Positions 9,564 through 17,440 of a stretch of 17,998 nt of DNA are shown here, in pieces. The notes beneath the pieces are model-generated. The model worked only from the letters and a program-made list of their open reading frames with translations. It was not told the origin of the DNA and searched no databases. A program made the translations under genes and the position numbers. The stretch lies in the NCBI GenBank assembly GCA_050246815.1, contig JBFWVI010000053.1, forward strand, positions 1 through 17,998, in the 5' to 3' direction. The DNA is from Bdellovibrionales bacterium (lineage in GTDB: Bacteria; Bdellovibrionota; Bdellovibrionia; Bdellovibrionales; UBA1609). The number at the start of each line of letters is the position of its first letter. The stretch's first letter is position 1.

Positions 9564-9677
9564 ATGAAGGTTCGTCCTTCAGTCAAAAGAATCTGCAAAA
9601 AATGTAAGGTTATTAAACGGCGTGGAGTCATTCGCGTGATCTGCGAAAATCCCAAGCACAAGCAAAGGCAGGGTTAG
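9564..9677 (+). CDS. rpmJ: 50S ribosomal protein L36 (Zn-ribbon C+ type)
   Basis: Not in the ORF track; manual translation [45 protein letters not shown] upstream. Confidence 0.98.
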   Translation: MKVRPSVKRICKKCKVIKRRGVIRVICENPKHKQRQG

Positions 9678-9679
9678 TC

Positions 9680-10054
9680 ATGGCACGTATGTCGGGGGTC
9701 GATCTCCCCAGAAATAAGCGCGTCGAAATTGCGCTTCAATACATTTACGGAATCGGCAAAACACGAGCTAAACAAATTGTAACGGAAGCTGGTTTCGAAC
9801 CCTCTCTTCGCACGGACGGTTTGACTGACGAACACATCGCCAAATTGCGCTCGATCATCGAACGTCAGTTCAAAGTGGAAGGCGATCTGCGCCGTGAGGT
9901 GGGTATGGCCATCAAGCGTTTGATGGACTTGAGCTGCTATCGCGGTCTTCGCCACAAAAAAGGTTTACCTGTTCGCGGTCAAAGCACGCGCCACAATGCG
10001 CGCACCCGCAAAGGGCCACGCAAAACAATCGCCAACAAGAAAAAAGCTGTCTAA
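9680..10054 (+). CDS. rpsM: 30S ribosomal protein S13
   Basis: [41 protein letters not shown]. Confidence 0.99.
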   Translation: MARMSGVDLPRNKRVEIALQYIYGIGKTRAKQIVTEAGFEPSLRTDGLTDEHIAKLRSIIERQFKVEGDLRREVGMAIKRLMDLSCYRGLRHKKGLPVRGQSTRHNARTRKGPRKTIANKKKAV

Positions 10055-10067
10055 GGGGTAATGGTTA

Positions 10068-10490
10068 ATGGCTGAACAAAAAGATGCTCAGGCAGCTCCG
10101 GCCGCCGGCGATAAAAAGGTAGCTAAGAAGAAAAATAAACGATCGGTTCCGACCGGCAAATGTTTTGTGCAATCGGGCTTCGGCAATACGATCGTGACCA
10201 TGACCGATATGGCTGGCAACACTGTCTGCTGGAGCTCAGCCGGAATGTTGGGTTTTAAGGGCAGCCGAAAAGGCACGCCATTCGCAGCGCAAGTTGCGGC
10301 GGAAGATGCAACTCGCAAAGCGCTGGAAGCCGGTATGAAGCAGGTGGAAGTGTTTTTGAAAGGTCCCGGCGCTGGTCGTGAGCCTGCAGTTCGTGCGATC
10401 GCCGCCAGTGGACTTCGCGTGACTCAGTTGAAAGACGTCACGCCTGTTCCGCATAATGGGTGCCGTCCGCCGAAGCGTCGTCGTATCTAG
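10068..10490 (+). CDS. rpsK: 30S ribosomal protein S11
   Basis: [39 protein letters not shown]. Confidence 0.99.
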   Translation: MAEQKDAQAAPAAGDKKVAKKKNKRSVPTGKCFVQSGFGNTIVTMTDMAGNTVCWSSAGMLGFKGSRKGTPFAAQVAAEDATRKALEAGMKQVEVFLKGPGAGREPAVRAIAASGLRVTQLKDVTPVPHNGCRPPKRRRI

Positions 10491-10579
10491 GCTTTACACG
10501 GTGAGCTCGCGAGAGCGGACTCATCAAAATGTTTTTGGTTTTGAGGTTTTTTAGTTACAAAAATTGGGAGTGAGTCGGA

Positions 10580-11656
10580 ATGGGACAACAATTAGTCATG
10601 CAATCGCACTTTTATAAATTTTGGCGCGAATTGATCCGCCCGAAAGGTTTTGAAGTTGAGCGTGAGTCGCTTACCGAACAGTACGGCAAGTTTGTGATTC
10701 GTCCTTTGGAGCGCGGCTATGGCGTGACTTTGGGTAACTCACTTCGCCGGGTTCTGCTGAGCTCGATGATGGGTTCGGCCGTTTCGGCGGTGAAGTTTGA
10801 AGGTGTTTTGCATGAGTTCAGCACCATTCCGGATGTTTTGGAAGACGTGACGGACATCATTTTGAACTTGAAGCAAATTCGTTTCAAACAACACACTCCG
10901 GACCTGCGCAACCTGAAAATTTCGAAAAAAGGTCCTGGCGTTGTGACGGCGGGTGATATCCAGTTAGTTGATGGCGTTGAAGTCTTGAATCCCGAGCAAG
11001 CGATTGCGACCTTGGGTAAAGACGGTAAGTTTGAAGCTGAAATTCAAGTTTCTTACGGCCGTGGTTTTGTGGAAGCGGAAGGTCGCACTAAGGAATTGCC
11101 GGTCGGCTGGGTAGCCGTGGATGCTTTGTACAGCCCCATTCGTCGCGTGAACTACACGGTTTCAAATGCACGCGTAGGTCAGCGCACAGACTATGATGCC
11201 CTCAGTTTCGAAGTGTGGACTGATGGCAGCCTTCGTCCCGAAGAGTCTGTGGCGCTGGGATCGAAAATTTTGAAAGAACAATTGCAGATCTTCCTGACTT
11301 TTGACGAGACTATGGAACCAGCGGTTGAAGAAGAGGAAAAGTCTTCTCCGACTTTGAACGAGAATTTATTCCGTTCGGTGGATGACCTTGAGTTGTCGGT
11401 TCGATCGGCCAACTGCTTGAAGAACGCCAACATTCGCTTTATCGGCGAATTGGTTTCCAAGAGTGAGGCTGAAATGCTGAAGACCAAAAACTTCGGCCGT
11501 AAATCTTTGAATGAAATTAAAGAAATCCTATCTTCAATGGGTCTAACCCTGGGCATGAAGATTGATGGCTGGCCTCCGGTCGGCTGGGATCCAAATAATC
11601 CGCCGAAGCCCACGACACCCCAAGCCCCGTTGCGACAGCCTCAGCAACCGCAATAG
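10580..11656 (+). CDS. rpoA: DNA-directed RNA polymerase subunit alpha
   Basis: PLERGYGVTLGNSLRRVLLSS, HEFSTI, LELSVRSANCLK, KTKNFGRKSLNEI; ATG 10580 has GGGAG SD at 10566-10570; alternative start ATG 10598. Confidence 0.98.
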   Translation: MGQQLVMQSHFYKFWRELIRPKGFEVERESLTEQYGKFVIRPLERGYGVTLGNSLRRVLLSSMMGSAVSAVKFEGVLHEFSTIPDVLEDVTDIILNLKQIRFKQHTPDLRNLKISKKGPGVVTAGDIQLVDGVEVLNPEQAIATLGKDGKFEAEIQVSYGRGFVEAEGRTKELPVGWVAVDALYSPIRRVNYTVSNARVGQRTDYDALSFEVWTDGSLRPEESVALGSKILKEQLQIFLTFDETMEPAVEEEEKSSPTLNENLFRSVDDLELSVRSANCLKNANIRFIGELVSKSEAEMLKTKNFGRKSLNEIKEILSSMGLTLGMKIDGWPPVGWDPNNPPKPTTPQAPLRQPQQPQ

Positions 11657-11670
11657 GCAGGAGTTAAGAG

Positions 11671-12165
11671 ATGAGACACCACGCTATTAAACATACTTTT
11701 GGCCGAAAAACTGGACCGCGCATTGCTTTGTTGCGTGGCTTGGTCAGCTCTTTGGTTGAGCATGGCCGTATCAAAACCACAGTGAAAAAGGCCAAAGAGT
11801 TGCGCCGTCACGTGGAGCGCGCTGTGACTATGGGCAAAAACCAAAATGTTCATGCTCGCCGTGTTTTGATGGCTCGTTACCCGAATCCAAAAACAGTGGA
11901 ATTGTTGGTGGGAAGCCTTGCCGAGCGCTTTGCAAAGCGTCCAGGCGGTTACACTCGCATAGTGAAATTGGGCCCACGTCCTGGCGACAACGCCGACATG
12001 GCCTATATCGAGTTCGTGGATTTTGCACCGGCGAAGGCCGAAGCTCCTGATGCCGTGAAGGGTGACAAGGGCGCTGTGAAGCGTGCAAAGGTGGCTGGCA
12101 AACAAGTGGCCAAAAAAGCCAAGACAGCTAAGAAAAAGAAAGTCGCTTCGAAGCGCAGCACCTAA
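11671..12165 (+). CDS. rplQ: 50S ribosomal protein L17 with basic C-terminal extension
   Basis: MRH, HGRIKTTVKKAKELR, RPGGYTRIVKLGPRPGDNA. Confidence 0.98.
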   Translation: MRHHAIKHTFGRKTGPRIALLRGLVSSLVEHGRIKTTVKKAKELRRHVERAVTMGKNQNVHARRVLMARYPNPKTVELLVGSLAERFAKRPGGYTRIVKLGPRPGDNADMAYIEFVDFAPAKAEAPDAVKGDKGAVKRAKVAGKQVAKKAKTAKKKKVASKRST

Positions 12166-12222
12166 GAGCTGAAAATCGAATGGACACTTTGGGCGCTTGT
12201 CGCCGATGGGTGTGCGCTTTTG

Positions 12223-12255
12223 AAAAGCCTCGCAATGCGGGGCTTTTTTATTTTT
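12223..12255 (+). terminator. Intrinsic (Rho-independent) terminator of the ribosomal cluster
   Basis: AAAA-GCCTCGC-AAT-GCGGGGC-TTTTTTATTTTT: 7-bp GC-rich stem plus U tract, 57 nt after the rplQ stop. Confidence 0.9.
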
Positions 12256-12305
12256 ATTCTCGCCGTGATATCGGTAGTGTTGTTTGAAAGCGCAGGAGTA
12301 TAGAC

Positions 12306-12947
12306 GTGAAGCACCTACTTAAAGGTTTTTTGGCAGTGGCGGTGTTGGGTGGAGCACTCTGGTTGGGGTGGCTACGCTATCACGATTTCTTAACGGCGGG
12401 CATGCAGCCTACCCTGGGTACACAAAAGCTGAACGAGATGGAGGTGGGGGGTGTACCCGATTTTGAGCTGGAGGACTTAAACGGCAATCGGGTTAAGCTT
12501 TCTCAATTTGCGGATCGTACGGTGATCTTAAGTTTTTGGGCCTCTTGGTGCGATCCATGTGTGGCAGAGTTTCCGTCGATGGTGAAGCTGGTTGAACACT
12601 TTAAGGGACAAGTTGTTTTGCTGGCGGTTTCAGCAGACAAATCCAAGGCGGATATCGAGAGCTTTTTAAAGCCCTACGCCAATAAGCTGCCGAAAGATTG
12701 CGTGATCGTTTGGGACAAAGAGCGCAAAGTGGCCGAACAGTATGGAACTGAGGCTTTGCCGGAATCTTATATCTTGTCGAAGGGTCTTAAGATCGTCCGC
12801 AAGGTGGCGGGATCCGAAGATTGGTACTCGCCGGGCGCGGTTCAATTATTTGAGGCCATCGTCAAACTTGAGCCCGGACAAGATCCAAAACAACTCTTTA
12901 GCCCTCAAGGCGCCGGGTTGCAAAAGAGCGACGCCGGATCTGATTAA
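12306..12947 (+). CDS. TlpA/ResA-family thiol-disulfide oxidoreductase, N-terminally membrane anchored
   Basis: N-terminal hydrophobic helix; PDFELEDLNG; FWASWCDPCVAEFPSM (WCxxC); cis-Pro LPESY; GTG start with AGGAG SD. Confidence 0.9.
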   Translation: MKHLLKGFLAVAVLGGALWLGWLRYHDFLTAGMQPTLGTQKLNEMEVGGVPDFELEDLNGNRVKLSQFADRTVILSFWASWCDPCVAEFPSMVKLVEHFKGQVVLLAVSADKSKADIESFLKPYANKLPKDCVIVWDKERKVAEQYGTEALPESYILSKGLKIVRKVAGSEDWYSPGAVQLFEAIVKLEPGQDPKQLFSPQGAGLQKSDAGSD

Positions 12948-12995
12948 AAGAGAGGTGCGTCCTTTTTTAGGCGGCGGAAGTTTATCCGCCGATCT
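12947..12995. terminator. Possible terminator hairpin(s) between convergent genes
   Basis: CGGCGGA(12972-78)-AGTTTA-TCCGCCG(12985-91) 7-bp stem, plus a weak AAGAGAGG/CCTTTTTT stem; U tracts are poor. Confidence 0.3.
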
Positions 12996-14910
12996 TAAAT
13001 TTCTTGAGAAGCTTTTTGCCTTCTTCTTCTAATTTTTTGGTTCCGCCCAAACTCTTTTGTTTATCAACTTCGGATTGAGCGGTCTTTTTGGCTTTTTCGA
13101 TCTCGCTTTGGGACTTGTTCACTTCTCCGGCAACCTGATTTTTGACCTGGTCAAATTGGGCGGTGAGCTTTTGTTTATCTTTGCCGATTTTTTGATCGAT
13201 CAGGGTCCGAATTTTACCTTTGGCTTCCTCGATCTTGGCTTGCACTTGGGCCTTGATGCCGCGGCTGAGCTCGTCACCCAAGTTTGAGGACAGGTCAAAG
13301 TCGATGTCGTTCCAGGTTCCCTTGGCGCGGGCATTCACATCAATCACGGGGATGCCGGCCATCACTTTGGTCAAAACATCCTTAAGAATCGAGTTCTTGG
13401 CTTCAATGTCGTATTCCATTTGGGTGAAGGCATTGACGGCGTTCACGTTTAAGTTTTCGCCACTGAGTTCAGCTTTCATATCCAATCCGCCAGTGGCTTT
13501 GTTGATAATGAATTGCACGTCTTTGGAGTCCGAGAGTTTTTGTTCACCCACCGGATATCCGCCGATTTTTAAGCTCACGGTTTCTTTGGGGGTTTCGGTG
13601 GTGTGGTCTAAAACAGCTTTGAAGTCGAGGCCGGATATCTGTTGTTTGGGGAAGTCGCCTTGCAGTGTGATAATCGCGGGTTTGCCCAGGTATTCGGGGT
13701 CTGTGGTGACGTCTTTGATTTCACCTTTGATATTGCCTGAATACTCGGCTGAGGAGCTGGCATTTGAGCTGATCGCGGCATGCTTCAGCCAAAACAGAGG
13801 ATAACCCGTGGTGATCGGAAAGCGGAAGTTTTTGCCTTGGCCGCGGGCGCGTGGGACCACTTGATCCGCCTCTTTTTCGCCAGAAGCGCGTTTTGGCGGC
13901 ATGTACTGTTTGGCGACTTCGGCGTACTTTTTAACACTGACCAGGCGCTGCTGGAACGTGCGCAGAAACATGTTTTTGGTGAAATCACCGGCGTTGACAT
14001 CGGGAATTTTCAGTCGAGACTGCATATCCTTAAGATCCTGATCCACCATTTTTTCGAGATCTTTAAACGCCTGCGAATAGGTGTTGGTATCTTCATTGAG
14101 GGCTTTACCGGTCTCTTTGACGGTTTTTACTTTTTGATCGGCTTCTTTTAAGATTTTATCGGCTTCTTTGACGGATTTAGCGAATTCAACAGGATTTTTG
14201 GCGTCAAACCTAAGGGCTTTCAGACGCTGACCGAGCTCTTCGACCTCTTTAGCTTGTGGAAGTGATTTCAGACGTTCACGCCATGCCACTTCTTTTTCTT
14301 TGAGTTCTTTTTCAAGCTCCTTAATACGGAGTGAGCTTTTAAGGTCGCCTTCGATTGCTTTCAACTGATCATTGGGATCCACTCCGCCCAGAACCGAGGC
14401 CAAATCCCCGAGTAGGTTGTCATTGAACTGCGACTTGGCTTGGTTGAGTACGGAGTCTTCGATTTTTTGCATCACCCCGGGGCCACCGTCTTTTTCGGTA
14501 GGGGGCGGGACCACACGGCCGGGGCGTTTGCGTTTGGTGAGCGCCTGAATATCAAGAACCGAGGCATCGCCCACAACGAATTTGGCGCGCAAGAGAGCGT
14601 CCCATAAAAATTGAAAGCGAACAAGGCCAACCTCAGCCAAATTTCGTTCCGGCTTGTTTTTGTCTGTGACCTCAATGCCACCCATTTCAAAAGAGCCGCC
14701 CAAGAAGCTTGTGGAAACATGGCCAACATTGACTTCGGCACCATTCACGGTGGTGCCAACCCATTCAATCGTGCGGCGCAGGTGCTCATCAAAAAACAAT
14801 TTGAAATAGACACCCACCAAAACCACCAGGACAAGAGTGGGAATGATGGCCTCCAGGCGTAAAGGACCTTTGGCTTTTGGCTTCTTAGTAGCTTCCGTAG
14901 AGTTCGTCAT
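12982..14910 (-). CDS. TIGR03545-family protein (single N-terminal TM, AsmA-like N-terminal region, long helical segments)
   Basis: 642-aa ORF: N-terminal TM, then GAEVNVGHVSTSFLGGSFEMGGIEVTD...FQFLWDALLRAKFVV beta-rich segment, Lys/Glu-rich helical regions, RARGQG..FRFP...YPLFWLKHA motif and SSNLG; paired with a TIGR03546-like gene. Family assigned by recognition, not HMM search. Confidence 0.8.
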   Translation of the reverse strand: MTNSTEATKKPKAKGPLRLEAIIPTLVLVVLVGVYFKLFFDEHLRRTIEWVGTTVNGAEVNVGHVSTSFLGGSFEMGGIEVTDKNKPERNLAEVGLVRFQFLWDALLRAKFVVGDASVLDIQALTKRKRPGRVVPPPTEKDGGPGVMQKIEDSVLNQAKSQFNDNLLGDLASVLGGVDPNDQLKAIEGDLKSSLRIKELEKELKEKEVAWRERLKSLPQAKEVEELGQRLKALRFDAKNPVEFAKSVKEADKILKEADQKVKTVKETGKALNEDTNTYSQAFKDLEKMVDQDLKDMQSRLKIPDVNAGDFTKNMFLRTFQQRLVSVKKYAEVAKQYMPPKRASGEKEADQVVPRARGQGKNFRFPITTGYPLFWLKHAAISSNASSSAEYSGNIKGEIKDVTTDPEYLGKPAIITLQGDFPKQQISGLDFKAVLDHTTETPKETVSLKIGGYPVGEQKLSDSKDVQFIINKATGGLDMKAELSGENLNVNAVNAFTQMEYDIEAKNSILKDVLTKVMAGIPVIDVNARAKGTWNDIDFDLSSNLGDELSRGIKAQVQAKIEEAKGKIRTLIDQKIGKDKQKLTAQFDQVKNQVAGEVNKSQSEIEKAKKTAQSEVDKQKSLGGTKKLEEEGKKLLKKFKIGG

Positions 14911-15415
14911 ACTTGTAGTACCATTTGTAAAGTGAGGTGGCCTGGATGGCTTTCCAGAACTTGGTTGATTTGAATCTTGCGACGATATGGACGCGATACT
15001 TGCGAATCAAAATCAAGGAAGCCAAGTAGACCAGAGGCGACAAAATCAGGGTGACCACACCAGAACCCATGACGATGCTGTTGTTAAATCGGGTCAGGGG
15101 AACGATCGGCATATTGTAGAGTGTGGTGAACAGTGACTGAAGGGCCGGGAGCGCCAAAACCTGTTGGCCGACCCAATCAAACATGGGGTCTAAGGCATAG
15201 GCCGCAAATTTGAAAAAGAAGGCCGTCAACAGGGCTGCCCCCAGCTGAACACGAAAGAAGAAGATCACTAAGAAAACCAAAAGGCTTTGCAGTGAGAGGG
15301 CAGGGGTCATTCCGAGAATAAATCCGCAAGCGATTCCGGCAGCCAATTGATTGGTGCCGGTGTCTGAGTTCAGCATCTTAAGAAAAGCGAAAATTTGTTT
15401 AAGAATAATTCCCAT
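14885..15415 (-). CDS. TIGR03546-family (DUF2062-like) membrane protein
   Basis: LNSDTGTNQLAAGIACGFILGMTP and LYNMPIVPLTRFNNSIVMGS motifs; several hydrophobic helices; overlaps the downstream gene by 26 nt. Confidence 0.85.
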   Translation of the reverse strand: MGIILKQIFAFLKMLNSDTGTNQLAAGIACGFILGMTPALSLQSLLVFLVIFFFRVQLGAALLTAFFFKFAAYALDPMFDWVGQQVLALPALQSLFTTLYNMPIVPLTRFNNSIVMGSGVVTLILSPLVYLASLILIRKYRVHIVARFKSTKFWKAIQATSLYKWYYKYDELYGSY

Positions 15416-15580
15416 GTGCGCGAACCCCTGAAGTTGGAAGCTACTCAGTCTTCGCTTGCTTCAGCCAAGCTGTCAAACCCCAGAGCGCCGCCCCTTTTGC
15501 GCCAAGCGTCACTGCTTCCGTTGCGGCCTCATGCAATTGAATTCACATATGAAAAGCGGTAATCCTGGGCTTTAAAGGAA

Positions 15581-17440
15581 ATGTCAAAAGTGAAGTTGCC
15601 CCTACGTGAGTTTTTGCTGACCACAAAAGTACCGATCGTCGCCGATGGTGGCATGGCCACCTCTTTGTATGACAAAGGGTTTTATCTTAATCGCAGCTTT
15701 GAAGAGCTGAGTCTCACCAGCGCCGAGGCCGTGCGCGAAGTAACCGCGGGCTTTAAGCGCGCGGGTTCAAGATTATTGGCCACAAATACCTTTGGCGCCA
15801 CCACGCCGAAGTTGACTGAGCATGGGTTGCAGGATCGTTTGGCGGAAATTTTACGAGCGGCCGTGAAAATCACTCGCGATGTGGCCAATGGTGAGGCTTA
15901 TGTCTTGGCGTGCATAGGCCCGCTGGGCCGGGTGTTGGAACCTTTGGGGCCCACCTCTGTGACGGAGGCTGAAGAGTGGTTTTGGGAATGTGCAAAAATT
16001 TTTGAAGAGTGCGGGGTCGATGGTTTCACTCTGCTGGGCTTTCACGACTTAAAAGAGCTGTCTGCTGCCGTGCGTGCGATTCGACGTTGTTCGACGAAGC
16101 CTGTGCTTACTCATGTCGGTATTCAGGACAATCAAAAAACCAATTACGGCCATACCCTGCCCGAATATGTGATGCAGATGGAGGCCTTGGAAGTCGATGT
16201 GATTGGTCTGGCTGGAGAGGTCGGCCCAAGCGGGATGTTGACCGCGCTGGAAACCATTCGCCCCTTGACCAAGAAGCCGATTTCGCTGCTGCCCAACGCA
16301 GGGTTTCCGCGCTACATCAACGACCAATACATTTACTTATGCAATCCGGATTACATCGGTAAATACGCCAAGCGCTATGTACAGGCGGGTGCCAATATCA
16401 TCGGAGGACATTCGGGAGTGGGTGAAACCCACTTGCGTGCGATCACCAATGCATTGCGTATGACCCAGGCCTTGAATCACTTGCCCGAGCAAATCACGGC
16501 GGTCATTCAGCCGGCGGCTGATGAACCCCAAATTGTAGCAGAGCTGGAAAAGCGTTCAAAATTAGGTGAAAAATTACGGCGCGGCGAACTCGTGATGAGC
16601 GTGGAAATCAATCCTCCGCGCGGGGTCAATTGCGACAACTTCTTTAGCTTGTGCGAGAAGCTCATGCAAAGCGGAGTGGAGTTCGTCAATATTCCAGACG
16701 GCGCACGAGCCGTGGCCCGCATTAGTTCGACCCAGCTATCAAGTTATGTGTTGAACAGATACAATCTGGAGCCGATTCCGCACTTCACTGCGCGGGATCG
16801 CAATTTGATCGGCCTGCAGTCGGATTTGCTGGGCGCGCACCTGAATGGTGTGCGCAACGTGCTGCTGGTCACGGGTGACCCGCCAAAGTTGGGCAACTGC
16901 CCGGGGGCGACCGGGGTGTACGATGTGGATGCCATCGGCATGACTCATATCGTATCGCGCATGAATCAAGGCTTGGATTTGGGCGGCTCCAGCTTCGGTG
17001 CGCCAACTGAGTTTGTGGTCGGGGTGGCTTTGAATCCCACGGCCTCGAATCAAGAACTTGAAGTGCAGCGTTTTAAATACAAACTGGATGCCGGCGCGGA
17101 TTTTGTGATGACCCAGCCAATTTACGATGTGGAGGCCTATCAGCGTTTTTTTGACATGGTTGGCCCGATCAAAGTTCCTGTGATTATGGGCATATGGCCA
17201 TTGGTGAGCTTGCGCAATGCCGAATTTCTGAAAAACGAAGTGCCCGGGGTATCTGTGCCGGATTGGGTTATCGCCGAAATGGAAAAGGCGGGGGACTCAA
17301 AAACGGAAGCTTTAAAGCGCGGCTTGGACATTGCCACAAAAACCATGCATGCCGCAAAAAAAATAGTGGCCGGGTTTCAAGTGAGCGCGCCGTTCAATCG
17401 AGTTGATATCGCCTTGGAAGCCATTCATGCGCTTAGTTGA
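15581..17440 (+). CDS. YitJ-type fusion: homocysteine S-methyltransferase-like domain (degenerate) plus methylenetetrahydrofolate reductase
   Basis: N-domain ADGGMATSLY, TNTFGA, IGPLG, PNAGFP; C-domain SVEINPP, IPHFTARDRNLIGLQSDLLG, VTGDPPK, AGADFVMTQP, FLKNEVPG; Zn-ligand cysteines absent (see findings). Confidence 0.92.
   Translation: MSKVKLPLREFLLTTKVPIVADGGMATSLYDKGFYLNRSFEELSLTSAEAVREVTAGFKRAGSRLLATNTFGATTPKLTEHGLQDRLAEILRAAVKITRDVANGEAYVLACIGPLGRVLEPLGPTSVTEAEEWFWECAKIFEECGVDGFTLLGFHDLKELSAAVRAIRRCSTKPVLTHVGIQDNQKTNYGHTLPEYVMQMEALEVDVIGLAGEVGPSGMLTALETIRPLTKKPISLLPNAGFPRYINDQYIYLCNPDYIGKYAKRYVQAGANIIGGHSGVGETHLRAITNALRMTQALNHLPEQITAVIQPAADEPQIVAELEKRSKLGEKLRRGELVMSVEINPPRGVNCDNFFSLCEKLMQSGVEFVNIPDGARAVARISSTQLSSYVLNRYNLEPIPHFTARDRNLIGLQSDLLGAHLNGVRNVLLVTGDPPKLGNCPGATGVYDVDAIGMTHIVSRMNQGLDLGGSSFGAPTEFVVGVALNPTASNQELEVQRFKYKLDAGADFVMTQPIYDVEAYQRFFDMVGPIKVPVIMGIWPLVSLRNAEFLKNEVPGVSVPDWVIAEMEKAGDSKTEALKRGLDIATKTMHAAKKIVAGFQVSAPFNRVDIALEAIHALS

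Noticed and set aside
13057..14862. Alternative-frame and antisense ORFs inside the TIGR03545-like gene
   Set aside because: Fully nested in a long coherent CDS with no independent motifs
15447..15565. Divergent promoters (TTGAAT-17-TAATCC on +, TTGACA at 15471-15476 on -)
   Set aside because: The -10 elements match poorly; promoters must exist here but exact sites are not supportable
15416..15580. SAM, SAH or cobalamin riboswitch upstream of the methionine genes
   Set aside because: No recognisable consensus (ATC.AGAG...CAGCAACC, GAGGAGCG..GC, GGGAA...GCCACTG) by eye; an Infernal search would be decisive
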